From the NCBI GenBank assembly GCA_043718025.1, contig JAYSWN010000232.1, positions 1-44,314 on the forward strand: a stretch of 44,314 nucleotides of DNA. Reading direction: 5' to 3'. The notes beneath the pieces are model-generated. The model was given only the letters and a program-made list of their open reading frames with translations. It did not search any database and was not told the origin of the DNA. Below are positions 25,390 to 35,945 of the stretch, in pieces. A program made the position numbers and the translations under genes. The first letter of the stretch is position 1. Each line of letters starts with the position of its first letter. The DNA is from Pseudomonadota bacterium. Lineage in GTDB: Bacteria > Bdellovibrionota > FAC87 > UBA2466.

Positions 25390-26217
25390 TCAGCTCTCCC
25401 CTATTTTCTGCCAACCTCGATCTTTGAGTTCAAAACCCACGGTCTGATCCAAACTAAATTTCTCGCCCACCGCATCGAAACTCCAGCGGTGAACGCTAAT
25501 GCCTTTGCCATCTAAATGCAGTTCGTTGAAGCAATTGGTTTCGCCCCGGTGGCGAGTGGAGGTCGACGTTCCACATTGCACGACGATGAAACGGCGGTGC
25601 TCACTCTCATCGACGAAGGCGGTGGTAGCGGCGCTGGAGCGGTGAAGGTGTCCCGCCAGAAGAACGTCGGGTAATAGGTGGCGGGCCGCCGGCACGTAGA
25701 CCCGGTTCTTTTTGACTCGTTTCTCGTCCGGCTCAAAAAGGTCTAGCGGGTGGTGACTGACGAGTACGCGAATTTTTTCTGGCGTTTTACTGGCATTGTC
25801 GGTTTCTGGTTTTAAACGTTCGCGCAAGTTTTGCAGAGACTGCGGCGAAACTCTCCCCTGCCCAATGGTCAGGCCGTGGGCCGTATTGATGCCGGCCACC
25901 ACGCACCCCTCGTCTTCGTAAAACGGTTCGGTGTCTCCAATGTAGCTCTGGAATTTTTCGTAGGGGGAGAGAAACCGAGACGCCAGATTGTACAACGGCA
26001 CGTCGTGGTTACCGGGAACCACCACCTGCGGAAATTTTAGCCCCGTCAAAAAGTTTGCCGCCGCGCGAAATTGCGCCGATCGGGCACGTTGGGTGAGGTC
26101 GCCGGAAACCGCGATGACATCGGGACGTAGATCTCGAATTTGTTTCTCAAGTGCAGAAACTGTTCTATAGTCCACCCGGCCGAAGTGCAGATCCGAAATG
26201 TGAATGAGTTTTTTCAT
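25390..26217 (-). CDS. Metallophosphoesterase, CpdA/Icc-like
   Basis: HISDLHFG, SGDLT, PGNHD, HHP, AGHLH. Confidence 0.88.
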   Translation of the reverse strand: MKKLIHISDLHFGRVDYRTVSALEKQIRDLRPDVIAVSGDLTQRARSAQFRAAANFLTGLKFPQVVVPGNHDVPLYNLASRFLSPYEKFQSYIGDTEPFYEDEGCVVAGINTAHGLTIGQGRVSPQSLQNLRERLKPETDNASKTPEKIRVLVSHHPLDLFEPDEKRVKKNRVYVPAARHLLPDVLLAGHLHRSSAATTAFVDESEHRRFIVVQCGTSTSTRHRGETNCFNELHLDGKGISVHRWSFDAVGEKFSLDQTVGFELKDRGWQKIGES

Positions 26218-26241
26218 TTTGCCCGGTGCTTCATCCCCCTA

Positions 26242-26250
26242 ATTATAGCA
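26242..26250 (-). promoter_or_regulatory. Extended -10 sigma-70 promoter for the phosphoesterase
   Basis: TGCTATAAT on the minus strand, 24 nt upstream of the ATG. Confidence 0.6.
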
Positions 26251-26294
26251 GCGCCTGTGCTTCGAAGTAGTCGGCCTTGTAGTAGAATGTCACT

Positions 26295-26981
26295 ATGCTC
26301 AGTTCAGAATTTTTAATCGGTAAAGATGATTCGCAAATGGTGCCCGTAGAAAAAGGGTCGCGCGTGCGGGTGCATGAAGAGGTAGCTGATTCACTAAGCG
26401 GCCTTACCGAAGCCGCCGAAGAGGCCGGCTTTGCTCTGCTGGTGGTGAGCGGCTTTCGTGGATTTGACCATCAATTGCGAATTTGGAATGAAAAGGCGTT
26501 GGGTAAAAGGATGGTGAACGACGAACACGGCAAACCGCTGCCGCCACCGCGTAGCCCCGAAGACCACGAACGGCGGTTTTTTAGCATGCTGCGGTGGTCG
26601 TCTTTTCCTGGCCTGTCGCGCCACCATTGGGGCAGCGATATGGACGTTGTCGATAAAAAGGCGATGCCCGCGGGCTACCAGGTTCAGCTCGTACCCGAAG
26701 AGGTGGAGGGGGCTGGTCTTTTTGCCCCTTTTCACGATTGGTTAGATAACTACCTGTCTACCTTTCACTTTTTTAGGCCATACGCGGAGGACCGGGGTGG
26801 GGTAAGCCCCGAGCGGTGGCATTTGAGCTACGCTCCGCTTGCTCAGCGCTGCCAAAAAGACTTTTTGGAGGCCACTTTCAAGAAGTTACTGGCCATGCCG
26901 GAGATCGAATACCGTAACCTGGCGCTGCGCCACAGCCGCATTATATGGGATAGGTACTTCCAAAACGTTGATTTTCCGTAA
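26295..26981 (+). CDS. M15 (VanY-like) D-Ala-D-Ala carboxypeptidase
   Basis: SGFR...Q, PG.SRHHWG.D.D (SxHxxGxxxD), ERWH (ExxH). Confidence 0.88.
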   Translation: MLSSEFLIGKDDSQMVPVEKGSRVRVHEEVADSLSGLTEAAEEAGFALLVVSGFRGFDHQLRIWNEKALGKRMVNDEHGKPLPPPRSPEDHERRFFSMLRWSSFPGLSRHHWGSDMDVVDKKAMPAGYQVQLVPEEVEGAGLFAPFHDWLDNYLSTFHFFRPYAEDRGGVSPERWHLSYAPLAQRCQKDFLEATFKKLLAMPEIEYRNLALRHSRIIWDRYFQNVDFP

Positions 26982-27021
26982 CGTTTCTTTTTGCCCTTCG
27001 TCCTTTTACGGAAGGTGGGTT

Positions 27022-27053
27022 AAAACCCTTCTGCGGGAAAGGAGGGGTTTTTT
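27022..27053 (+). terminator. Terminator-like hairpin that also sequesters the tolC ribosome-binding site
   Basis: AAAACCCTTCT-GCGGGAAA-GGAGGGGTTTT followed by TT; AGGAGG sits in the 3' arm and the TTG start is in the U tract. Confidence 0.6.
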
Positions 27054-28356
27054 GAGGCTCGCGAAACCTGGTTTTACATTGATCTGGCTCTTGCCATTGA
27101 TCTCGGCACTCCTGCCGGCGGCTCGGGTCTATGCCCACCCGCTTACGGACCTCGTGAATCAGGCCTACCAGTCTTCTCCGGCAATAAAGATCGCGCAAGA
27201 GAGCCTACAGATAGCCGACAAGGAGCTGTCCAACAGTAAGAGTGCTTTCTTGCCGACCTTAAATCTGAATTCGAGCCATGGGCTTGCCAAAAACCACTAC
27301 GGCGCCATTACCGATCCCTGGACCAGCAACGTTGGCCTGGCGCTAAACCATAATCTTTACGACAACCACCGTTCGATTAACCAATACCGAATTCAAACTC
27401 TAAAGCGGGAAAGCGCGGAGGCCTCGCTGCGGCAAGCAAAGAATCAGATCGCGCTCGAGATTGCCCGCACCTATTTTACCTGGTCGTTGGCGGTAGAGAA
27501 CGCGGCGGTAAAGGCAACTGGGCTTGGGCTGTTTGAAAAGCAGTACCGATTCGTGGAGTCGCAGTATCAGCAGGGCATAAAGCCCAAAAAAGACTTTCTG
27601 AAGTTTCGGGCGCAGTGGGAGCGGGCCGTGTTGGGCGACACCTCGGCTAAGGCGGGCATTGCGCAGGCCCGTTTTGCTCTGCTCGCGAAAATGGGGATGG
27701 ACCCGCTGGATCAAAAAGCGCTGACCCCTTTTGTGCCGGTGGTCGACGTAAAAAGCATCCCGGTTGAAAAGCCGCAGATCGAGAAAAATTGGACGTACCG
27801 AACGGCGGATTTAGAGTTGCGTATTCGTCCCATCGAAATGAATTTGGCGAGCCGCGAGTTTTGGCCGCAAATCAACTTAATCGCGGGTGGAAACTATTCG
27901 AACACCAACTACTTAAATTCAGGCGCGCGCTTCGGCGATACTGAAACCTACGGCGTCAGCTTACAGCTGCAACTTAATTACAACATTTTAGACTGGGGCG
28001 TACGCGGACGAAATATCGACATCGCCAGCCATCGAAAAAATATTGAGGCCGAACGATTGCGCGAAACCGCTTTGAAGTTAACGGAAGAGGCGGCCTCACT
28101 CATGGTGGAGTTGACGCGGTTAAAGCAGGCGTATGAAGTGGCCGAATCGGTCTATAAAAACGAAGAAGAATCTTACCAGGCTACCCAGCGTGATTACCGC
28201 GAAGGCAAGGTAAACTCGTACGATTTCATCAACTATGTGCGCGACTACCTTGAAGGGAAAACGCTCTACCTCAATAGCCGTTACGATCTTTGGAACGCGA
28301 TACTGCGATACCACTACTTGACCGGAGAACTCGATGAACATGTGGCCAAACTCTAA
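27052..28356 (+). CDS. TolC-family outer-membrane efflux protein
   Basis: Two OEP repeats (KSAFLPTLNL; REFWPQINL..YNILDWG); signal peptide from TTG 27052 after AGGAGG. The ORF-track start 26839 overlaps the upstream gene. Confidence 0.88.
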   Translation: MRLAKPGFTLIWLLPLISALLPAARVYAHPLTDLVNQAYQSSPAIKIAQESLQIADKELSNSKSAFLPTLNLNSSHGLAKNHYGAITDPWTSNVGLALNHNLYDNHRSINQYRIQTLKRESAEASLRQAKNQIALEIARTYFTWSLAVENAAVKATGLGLFEKQYRFVESQYQQGIKPKKDFLKFRAQWERAVLGDTSAKAGIAQARFALLAKMGMDPLDQKALTPFVPVVDVKSIPVEKPQIEKNWTYRTADLELRIRPIEMNLASREFWPQINLIAGGNYSNTNYLNSGARFGDTETYGVSLQLQLNYNILDWGVRGRNIDIASHRKNIEAERLRETALKLTEEAASLMVELTRLKQAYEVAESVYKNEEESYQATQRDYREGKVNSYDFINYVRDYLEGKTLYLNSRYDLWNAILRYHYLTGELDEHVAKL

Positions 28357-29212
28357 AATTTGGGGCGTCATACTCATCAGCGCGCTAGGCGTGGCGGCGG
28401 CACACGGGGCCTATACCAATCGCAGTCCCGATGACCCCGGGCTCACCACTGCGCAGAAACGGGACATCGAAAGTAAAGTGACCACCGCGGGTACGATTAT
28501 TCCTAACCGTAGAACCCTATTTACTCCGCCCTACAACGGTTACGTAAAAAAGCTGCACGTGAAATTGGGGGATCAGGTGAAGGAGGGCAGTCCGGTCGTC
28601 ACGGTGGCCCAAACTTTGCGCGGAAGTTTTGATGAGGCCAACCCCTTGCGGGCGCCCTTTACCGGCACCGTGACGCAAGTGTTGCGGAGTGAAGGGGAGT
28701 GGGTGGAGGCCAATTTGCAATCGGCGATGGTGCGCATGGACGACACCACTCGTCTGTTTTTAACCTGCGATGTGGCGGAGACTGACGTTTTGCGAATTAA
28801 GGTGGGGTCCCGTGCCAAAGTTAAGGTCAATGCCATTATCGACCATGCCTACGAAGCGGTCGTGCGGGAGATTTCGCTTGCCGCAAAAGATCGGCGCGAA
28901 GGCTGGAGCCGCAATGGTGACCGCGTGGAGTTCGAAGTGCGCATGGAAATTATTGATCGCGATGATCAGCTTCGTCCCGGACTTTCTGCGCTTATCGATA
29001 TCATCACCGAGTCGCGAAAAAACGTTTTGTCTATTCCCCACGAGTTTCTGATGAAAGAGGGCGACAAATATTTGGTTACGTTAAGTAGCGGCCAGAAAAG
29101 AGACGTGAAGGTTGGCCTAAAGGGTGACCTCTGGGTTGAAATCCTTTCGGGGCTCACCGATCAGGAAAAAGTGCGGATGGTGGATTTCTATTCTATGAAA
29201 GAAGGCCTCTAA
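28340..29212 (+). CDS. MacA-like periplasmic adaptor (membrane fusion protein)
   Basis: Lipoyl-like halves GYVKKLHVKLGDQVKEG and LRAPFTGTVT with almost no alpha hairpin; LRPGLSA, VLSIP, VEILSGL. Start is 28334 or 28340. Confidence 0.85.
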   Translation: MWPNSKIWGVILISALGVAAAHGAYTNRSPDDPGLTTAQKRDIESKVTTAGTIIPNRRTLFTPPYNGYVKKLHVKLGDQVKEGSPVVTVAQTLRGSFDEANPLRAPFTGTVTQVLRSEGEWVEANLQSAMVRMDDTTRLFLTCDVAETDVLRIKVGSRAKVKVNAIIDHAYEAVVREISLAAKDRREGWSRNGDRVEFEVRMEIIDRDDQLRPGLSALIDIITESRKNVLSIPHEFLMKEGDKYLVTLSSGQKRDVKVGLKGDLWVEILSGLTDQEKVRMVDFYSMKEGL

Positions 29213-29214
29213 AC

Positions 29215-31212
29215 GTGCTTAGCGTCCGTAACGTTTGCTACTCCTACGCCGCGGAAGGGAAAAAGCTCGAAATCCTATCCGGTCTGAACTTCGATGTGGC
29301 CGATGGCGAGTGGGTGAGCATTCAGGGGCGTTCGGGTGCGGGCAAGTCCACCCTATTTTATTTACTCGGCGGCTTGCTCAAAGCCCAGACCGGAGAAATT
29401 GTCTACGACGGTACCGATCTGAAAAAATTAGGCAGTGCCGAGCTTTCGGTATTTAGAAACGAAAAAATCGGGTTTGTTTTTCAGCAGTTTCACCTTTTAC
29501 CGCGCGCGACCGTTCTAGAGAATATTTTGCTACCTTCGAAGTTTGTCGGTATCACGACGGCGGATAAGACATCTGAGTTTTTAGAACGGGCCAAAGATCT
29601 TGCGGCGAGAGTGGGGCTACAGGGGCGTTTAGACCATCGGCCCCATCAGCTGTCAGGCGGAGAACAGCAACGTGTCGCTTTGGCGCGGGCCTTACTTTTA
29701 AAGCCGCGTTTTATTTTGGCCGACGAACCTACCGGAAATTTAGACGGGCACAATGCCGACGAGGTGTTACGCCTTTTGGGTGAGTTTCAGAAGACCGGAA
29801 CCACTATTTTGCTTATCACTCACGACCCTTTAGTCGCCGCCCGCTGCCCGCGGCAGATTTATCTCGAACAGGGACGCGTGCTTTCCGACTCGGCGGCGCC
29901 CAAAGTTTTAGCCGCCCCGGTAGTACAAGAACAACGCTTCCCTTTGCCATCGGGCTGGGTAGGCGGTGCCTATCGCGCGGCGATGCACAATATCCGCCGC
30001 AATCGAACCCGTGCCGTGCTTACCATGGTGGGAGTAACGGTGGGGATTGCCGCGCTTTTTTCGATGATGACGTTCGGCAAATTCGCCAAAGATCAGATCA
30101 TGGCTGGGTTTGAAGAGATGGGCGCCAACTCTATGGTGTTGCAGGGGTACCAGAACTGGGAACGGCGCGCCGAAGACGAAGTGGATCTCATGTTCACCCA
30201 TTTTGACATGGAGCGTGACCTAAAACCATTGCGACGAATTTTTCCAAATATTATCGCGTTGTCACCGATGATGAGTGGCTGGGGAACCACCGCGAACTAC
30301 GGCGGGAGAGACATTGCAAATAATCTGCAAACTTGGGGCGTAGATGCTGATCTCACGCGGATCACAAATCGGGCGATTATCGAAGGGCGCCCAATTCTGG
30401 CGTTGGATGTTGAAGACAAAAGCCCAGTTTGTCTTATCGGCACGGAGGTACGCGGCAAGCTGTTTCGGGACGAGAATCCGCTCGGGAAAATTTTGTTCCT
30501 CGCCAAAAAAGATGGAAAAGCTTTTTCGTGTCGGGTGATTGGCGTGCTGGCGCACCAGAGTAGCAATATGGACTGGCGAAAACCCGATTTCGATGTGGTG
30601 ATGCCTTACACCTATTTCAGGATGGTCGGCGAGCCGTGGGAGAGCACAATCAACTCTTTTGTCTTCAAAGTGCGCAACGGCACCGACGTTGAAGGCACGG
30701 GCAAAGCGGTCAGAAATTATTTTCGTACCAAGTACGGCAAGAGCGGGCAGTTTATGGTCGATGCCAACATGATTCTCATCGCCCAGATCAAAAAGTCATT
30801 GATGCTATTCACGCTTCTGCTTTCGGCAATTGCGTTGATCACACTCGGCGTCGGAGGAATGGGCATTCACAATATGATGCTGGTCTCGCTAGCCGAACGA
30901 TTTAAAGAAATTGGATTGTTCAAGGCCCTGGGCGCAACCGATCGCAGCTTGCGCTGGCAATTTCTGATGGAATCCATTTTTCTGTCGGCCATCGCCGGAA
31001 TTTTGGGCTTGGTGGTGGGGTTTAGTGTTTACGAGGGCATTATCTACTTAGCCGCCAATGCGGTATCGAAGCTTTCGTTCGAGTGGGTAATCGATCCGTT
31101 CGCGGTGATGCTTTCGCTGGGATCTATTCTCGCCGTCGGAATTTTGAGCGGCATGATTCCGGCATTGAAGGCCGAGCGCCTGTCGGTAATCGACGCTTTG
31201 CGATCGGAATAG
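29215..31212 (+). CDS. macB: MacB-type ABC transporter (fused ATPase and FtsX-like permease)
   Basis: [31 protein letters not shown]; permease [28 protein letters not shown]-terminal IDALRSE. Confidence 0.9.
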   Translation: MLSVRNVCYSYAAEGKKLEILSGLNFDVADGEWVSIQGRSGAGKSTLFYLLGGLLKAQTGEIVYDGTDLKKLGSAELSVFRNEKIGFVFQQFHLLPRATVLENILLPSKFVGITTADKTSEFLERAKDLAARVGLQGRLDHRPHQLSGGEQQRVALARALLLKPRFILADEPTGNLDGHNADEVLRLLGEFQKTGTTILLITHDPLVAARCPRQIYLEQGRVLSDSAAPKVLAAPVVQEQRFPLPSGWVGGAYRAAMHNIRRNRTRAVLTMVGVTVGIAALFSMMTFGKFAKDQIMAGFEEMGANSMVLQGYQNWERRAEDEVDLMFTHFDMERDLKPLRRIFPNIIALSPMMSGWGTTANYGGRDIANNLQTWGVDADLTRITNRAIIEGRPILALDVEDKSPVCLIGTEVRGKLFRDENPLGKILFLAKKDGKAFSCRVIGVLAHQSSNMDWRKPDFDVVMPYTYFRMVGEPWESTINSFVFKVRNGTDVEGTGKAVRNYFRTKYGKSGQFMVDANMILIAQIKKSLMLFTLLLSAIALITLGVGGMGIHNMMLVSLAERFKEIGLFKALGATDRSLRWQFLMESIFLSAIAGILGLVVGFSVYEGIIYLAANAVSKLSFEWVIDPFAVMLSLGSILAVGILSGMIPALKAERLSVIDALRSE

Positions 31213-31302
31213 CCGGGACTCCGAGCGCCATGGCAATCTATGACGGAGAGCGCCGTTTGAAGGGCTTTGACCTTACCCAGAGTGTTAGTTAACGATCGCA
31301 CT

Positions 31303-33180
31303 ATGCTTTCTCGCTTATCTATTCAGGGTTTGGCCATCATCGATCGGTTGGAGATTGAATGGGGCCCAGGCTTCAATGTGATTACCGGTGAAACTGGCGC
31401 TGGGAAGTCCATTCTGATCAAAGGGTTAAGCCTTTTATTGGGAGCCAAAGCGAGCCCCGATACCGTGCGCCAAGGGTGCAACGAAGCCGTGTTGTCGGGG
31501 GGGTTTTGGGTGCCCGAAGTCCACCCGGCGGTAGGGGTGTTAGAGTCGCTCGGCATTCCGCGCGAGCGTGAGGGCGGGCACGTCTCAATTCTTTTTCGTC
31601 GCGAGATCTCTTCAAAAGGGCGTTCGCAGTTTTGGATTAACGACACCAGCGTGAGCTCGCATGGCTTAAGGCAAGTGGCGGTGACGTTGGTCGATATTTT
31701 TGGGCAGCACGAGAACCAAAGGCTTTTGCAAACTAGTACGCATTTGAGTTACCTCGATCGCTTTTTGCCCGACAAAAAATTGCGCGCCGAAGTGGGGGAA
31801 GCCTTTGTGCGGTGCGGGCAGCTATTAAGTGAGATTCGCGACATCACCGAGTCTTGGGGCGAGCGCGCGAAAGAAAAAGACTATTTAGAATTTCGCTTAA
31901 AGGCGTTGCAGGAGCTCGACCCGTCACGCGAAGATTTTGAGAAGACCCGCGCGCAGGCAACCAGCGCTGACTCTCGAGAAAAAGTTTTATCTCTCCTTGA
32001 GCAGCTAACCCAAGTTTTAGATGGCAACGACAGCGATTCGATTTCGCGCCGATTGGCGGAAGCGACCAAGGTTCTCACCCAGCTCGCGCTGACGTGGAGC
32101 GAAGTGAGCGCCGATTTTTCTGATGTTACCGGCCGTCTGGCGCGCGAGGTGGAAGAGCTTAGCTACCAAGTGGGCCGCTGGTCGGCGGAGTGGGAAGACT
32201 TGGCCGAGGGCAGCGAAGAGAGCCAAGGGCGTCTGTTCAAGTACCAAGAGCAGTTTCGTAAGCTGGGAATTCGCGATATCGACGCTCTGCTAGCCGCGTA
32301 CGAAGAGTTGCAGGAGAAGCTGAGTAATCTAGGCACGGGGGAAGAGCGCTTAGCCGAAAAACTTCATGAGTTGGTAAAGGAGTCGGCCAACCTGATCAAG
32401 CTCGGGGAAAGGCTATCTACCGTTCGCAAGGTTGCCGCCCAGGCCGTTGAGACTAAGGTTGCGCTTGAACTTTCGGAATTGGCGATGCCACAGGCGCGGT
32501 TGGCGGTAGTTTTTCACCCGGTTGAAAAAGAGATCGCCGAAATTTCTTGTACGTTGGAAGAGCCATCTGAAAAATTGTGGCGAGTTTGTCAGAGGCGTCT
32601 GGCTAAAGTAGAAGAGTCTGGTTTGGAGCGTGGTGAGTTTTTGCTCTCCTCTAATCCCGGGGAACCGCTATTGCCCCTGGCCCGGGTGGCCTCGGGCGGA
32701 GAGGTGTCGCGCATTATGCTGTCGCTCAAAAAAGCGCTGGTGGCCGATGCCGATACTTGCGTACTGGTGTTTGATGAGATCGATACCGGTATTTCTGGCC
32801 GGGTGGCCGACGTGGTGGGGCGCAAGCTGCGAGAGTTGGCCGAAACGTTTCAAGTCATTTGCATTTCGCATCTGCCGCAGGTGGCGGTGTATGCCGATTC
32901 GCATTTTTTGGTTAGAAAAGGGGTGTCGGGAGGCCGCACCGAGAGCGAGATTATTGCACTCTCCGAAGAAGAGAGCGCCAAAGAGATTGCCCGCTTGGTA
33001 TCGGGGGCCGAAGTGTCGTCCACCAGTCTGGCCCACGCCAAGGCGCTAAAACAGACCGCTAGAAGCCAAGGGGGGGCGGCTGCCAAAGGCGCAAAAACAA
33101 AGGGGAAAGCGAAACGGCCCGACCCCGCGGGTGACCAGCACCAACGGCGGCGCGGTAAGGGTGAATCTCTATCTAGATGA
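31303..33180 (+). CDS. recN: DNA repair protein RecN
   Basis: GFNVITGETGAGKS, VDIFGQH, VASGGEVSR, VFDEIDTGISG, QVICISHLPQVA; canonical N-terminus from ATG 31303. Confidence 0.95.
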   Translation: MLSRLSIQGLAIIDRLEIEWGPGFNVITGETGAGKSILIKGLSLLLGAKASPDTVRQGCNEAVLSGGFWVPEVHPAVGVLESLGIPREREGGHVSILFRREISSKGRSQFWINDTSVSSHGLRQVAVTLVDIFGQHENQRLLQTSTHLSYLDRFLPDKKLRAEVGEAFVRCGQLLSEIRDITESWGERAKEKDYLEFRLKALQELDPSREDFEKTRAQATSADSREKVLSLLEQLTQVLDGNDSDSISRRLAEATKVLTQLALTWSEVSADFSDVTGRLAREVEELSYQVGRWSAEWEDLAEGSEESQGRLFKYQEQFRKLGIRDIDALLAAYEELQEKLSNLGTGEERLAEKLHELVKESANLIKLGERLSTVRKVAAQAVETKVALELSELAMPQARLAVVFHPVEKEIAEISCTLEEPSEKLWRVCQRRLAKVEESGLERGEFLLSSNPGEPLLPLARVASGGEVSRIMLSLKKALVADADTCVLVFDEIDTGISGRVADVVGRKLRELAETFQVICISHLPQVAVYADSHFLVRKGVSGGRTESEIIALSEEESAKEIARLVSGAEVSSTSLAHAKALKQTARSQGGAAAKGAKTKGKAKRPDPAGDQHQRRRGKGESLSR

Positions 33181-33214
33181 TATGATTGATAAAATGTGGT
33201 ACGATTTAGGGGTT

Positions 33215-33565
33215 ATGGAAAGCATGATGAACGGTGATGACAAAGACGAATGGAACGACGCAGAGGCCGAGCAGGGCACGCAGACCCTAATTCGTCCGGA
33301 CCAAGAGACGAAGACCCCCTCGCTCTATAAAGTGGTGGTGCACAACGATGATTTCACCCCGCGCGACTTTGTAGTGCATGTGCTTAAACGATTTTTTCAA
33401 AAGAGCGAAGAGCAGGCGACCGAGTTGATGCTGCAGGTTCATCATAAGGGGTTCGGCATTGCTGGGGTTTACACCCATGAAATTGCGGAAACCAAAGCGT
33501 TTCAGGTAAATGAGCTCGCTAAAGAGAACACCTACCCGCTTAGAACTACGGTGGAAAAAGAATGA
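33215..33565 (+). CDS. clpS: ATP-dependent Clp protease adaptor ClpS
   Basis: PSLYKVVVHNDDFTPRDFVV.VL..FF, ML.VH..G, EIAETKA, YPL. Start is among 33215, 33224 and 33227. Confidence 0.95.
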   Translation: MESMMNGDDKDEWNDAEAEQGTQTLIRPDQETKTPSLYKVVVHNDDFTPRDFVVHVLKRFFQKSEEQATELMLQVHHKGFGIAGVYTHEIAETKAFQVNELAKENTYPLRTTVEKE

Positions 33566-35880
33566 GGCTAGCTCCTGAATTAGAAACCTTATTGAATGAG
33601 TCGGTAAAGTACGCCCGCGACGCACGGCACGAGTTTGTCAGTTTAGAACACGTGGTGCTGGCGCTAACCGAAGACGACATGGCGGTCGAAATTATTGAGG
33701 GGTGCGGTGGCGATCCGCGGCGACTGCGAAAAAAGTTACAAAAATTTTTGAAAGAGAATAGCCCTAAGATCGACACCAAGGTGCTGGCCGAAGCGGGTAA
33801 AGACTGGAAACCGGCACTCACGTTAGCGTTTCATCGAGTCGTGCAGCGAGCGCTTATCCAAGTGCAAGGTGCGGAACGTGAGATGGTGACCACCGGAAAT
33901 CTATTAATTTCAGTTTTGCGCGAAGAAGAGTCGCCGGCGGTGGCGTTTTTAGGTGACGAAGGGGTCACCGCTTTTTCGGCTATTCGCTATTTCTCGCACG
34001 GCATTACCGACGAAGCCAAAGGCAACGATGACGAAATCGAAGGGATGGACGGAGGAGAAGGGGGCGACTCATCGGCCGCCGCCCCAAACCCCGCAAAAAA
34101 ACAGATCGAGGGCGACCGAGTGTCTAAGCCCGAAAAGGGCAGCCCACTGGAACAGTTTACCCACAATCTTAATGAACGGGCCAAGGCCGGACACATTGAT
34201 CCGTTAATTGGGCGCGAAGATGTGATCGATCGCGTGCTTCAGGTAATGGGCCGACGCACTAAAAATAACGCCATTTTAGTGGGCGATCCCGGTGTCGGAA
34301 AAACCGCCATTGCCGACGGTTTGGCGCAACGGATTGTAAATGGTCAGGTTCCCAATCGCTTGAAAGACGCCGTAATCTACTCGCTCGATCTCGGGTCGCT
34401 ACTGGCGGGAACTCGCTACCGCGGTGATTTTGAAAGCCGTTTCAAAGGTGTGCTGAAAGAGTTGGAAGATAAAAAAGACGCTATTCTGTTCATCGATGAG
34501 ATGCACACGCTCGTTGGCGCGGGTGCCACCAGTGGCGGATCGATGGACGCCTCCAATCTTTTAAAGCCCTATTTGAGCCGACGGGTTTTTAGCGTTTTGG
34601 GTTCTACCACTTACAAAGAGTTTCGGGGCTATCTCGACAAAGATCCGGCGCTGCTGCGCCGGTTTCAGAAAGTGGACGTGAAAGAGCCGTCGCGCGAGGA
34701 CGCCGTATTAATTTTAGAGGGTCTTAAGAGCAAGTACGAAGAGTTTCATAACGTGCGCTACGCTAAGCCCGTGGTCGAGAATATTATCGATCTCTCGCAG
34801 CGTTTCATTCTCGGGCGGCCGCTTCCGGACAAGGCGATCGATTTGATGGATGAAGTGGGATCGCGGTTACGGCTTCGTGATACCCAGGGGCCCACGGTGG
34901 ACGTGACCTCGTTCGACGTGGAAACCGTAATTTCTACCCTGGCGCAAGTTCCCGCCGCCAGCGTTTCTACCGACGATAAGACCAAGCTCAAAGAGCTTCT
35001 GCCAAGTCTGAAGAAGGTTATTTTTGGCCAGAATAGGGCGATTGAAGAGTTGGTATCGGCCATTAAGTTGGCGCGTACCGGTCTTCGCGATCCGCAAAAG
35101 CCCATCGGCTGTTTTCTGTTTTTAGGCCCCACCGGCGTCGGAAAAACCGAAGTCTGTCGACAGCTGGCCGAGATTCTTGGCACCAAGCTGCTTCGCTTTG
35201 ACATGAGTGAGTACATGGAAAAGCACACGGTTTCTCGTCTGGTCGGAGCGCCCCCTGGCTACGTTGGTTACGACGAAGGCGGTCTGTTAACCGAAAGTGT
35301 GTTTAAGCACCCCTACGCGGTGCTCTTGCTCGATGAAATGGAGAAGGCTCATCCCGACGTGAGCAACATACTGCTTCAAGTCATGGACAGTGGTCGGTTG
35401 ACCGATACCAATGGGAAAGTCGCCGATTTTAGAAATGTGATTCTGATCATGACCTCGAATGCGGGAGCCCGTGAGCTGGCCAAACAGAGCATTGGCATCC
35501 AGCCCGAAGGCACCGAGCGTAAGGCTAAGAATGCGCTCAAACAGATGTTCGCCCCCGAGTTTTTAAATCGCCTAGACGCAATTATCAGCTTCGACCCCCT
35601 GGCCAAAGAGATATTGATGCAGGTTATCACTAAGTTTTTGGGCGAGCTCTCGACCCAGCTCAAAGTGAAAAAGGTGACCCTCGAGGTCACTCAAAAGGCG
35701 GTGGAGTGGCTCTTCGAGAAGGGGTACGACGCTGCTTACGGGGCCCGGCCGTTTGCCCGGATTATCGATGAGAAAATTAAGAAGCCGTTGGTGGATGAAC
35801 TGCTCTTCGGCAAGCTTGAACACGGCGGAGTGGTGACCGCCGATATTAAAGACGGAAAGTTAGAATTCACTTTTAAGTGA
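33562..35880 (+). CDS. clpA: ATP-dependent Clp protease ATPase ClpA
   Basis: Clp N domain; two AAA modules ([25 protein letters not shown]); no middle coiled coil; ATGA overlap with clpS. Confidence 0.95.
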   Translation: MRLAPELETLLNESVKYARDARHEFVSLEHVVLALTEDDMAVEIIEGCGGDPRRLRKKLQKFLKENSPKIDTKVLAEAGKDWKPALTLAFHRVVQRALIQVQGAEREMVTTGNLLISVLREEESPAVAFLGDEGVTAFSAIRYFSHGITDEAKGNDDEIEGMDGGEGGDSSAAAPNPAKKQIEGDRVSKPEKGSPLEQFTHNLNERAKAGHIDPLIGREDVIDRVLQVMGRRTKNNAILVGDPGVGKTAIADGLAQRIVNGQVPNRLKDAVIYSLDLGSLLAGTRYRGDFESRFKGVLKELEDKKDAILFIDEMHTLVGAGATSGGSMDASNLLKPYLSRRVFSVLGSTTYKEFRGYLDKDPALLRRFQKVDVKEPSREDAVLILEGLKSKYEEFHNVRYAKPVVENIIDLSQRFILGRPLPDKAIDLMDEVGSRLRLRDTQGPTVDVTSFDVETVISTLAQVPAASVSTDDKTKLKELLPSLKKVIFGQNRAIEELVSAIKLARTGLRDPQKPIGCFLFLGPTGVGKTEVCRQLAEILGTKLLRFDMSEYMEKHTVSRLVGAPPGYVGYDEGGLLTESVFKHPYAVLLLDEMEKAHPDVSNILLQVMDSGRLTDTNGKVADFRNVILIMTSNAGARELAKQSIGIQPEGTERKAKNALKQMFAPEFLNRLDAIISFDPLAKEILMQVITKFLGELSTQLKVKKVTLEVTQKAVEWLFEKGYDAAYGARPFARIIDEKIKKPLVDELLFGKLEHGGVVTADIKDGKLEFTFK

Positions 35881-35945
35881 GTGGGTGGCAGCGTTCACGA
35901 CGCGGTCGGTCTGAGGTATTTAGGATTTCTTGTTAAAATCCTAAC

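Noticed and set aside
26295..26981. Vancomycin-resistance locus
   Set aside because: No vanHAX or vanRS genes; stand-alone M15 peptidases are common housekeeping enzymes.
26839..27051. N-terminal extension of the TolC ORF
   Set aside because: It overlaps the VanY-like gene; AGGAGG and the signal peptide fit TTG 27052.
31213..31302. LexA box upstream of recN
   Set aside because: No convincing palindrome matching a LexA motif that I can recognise.
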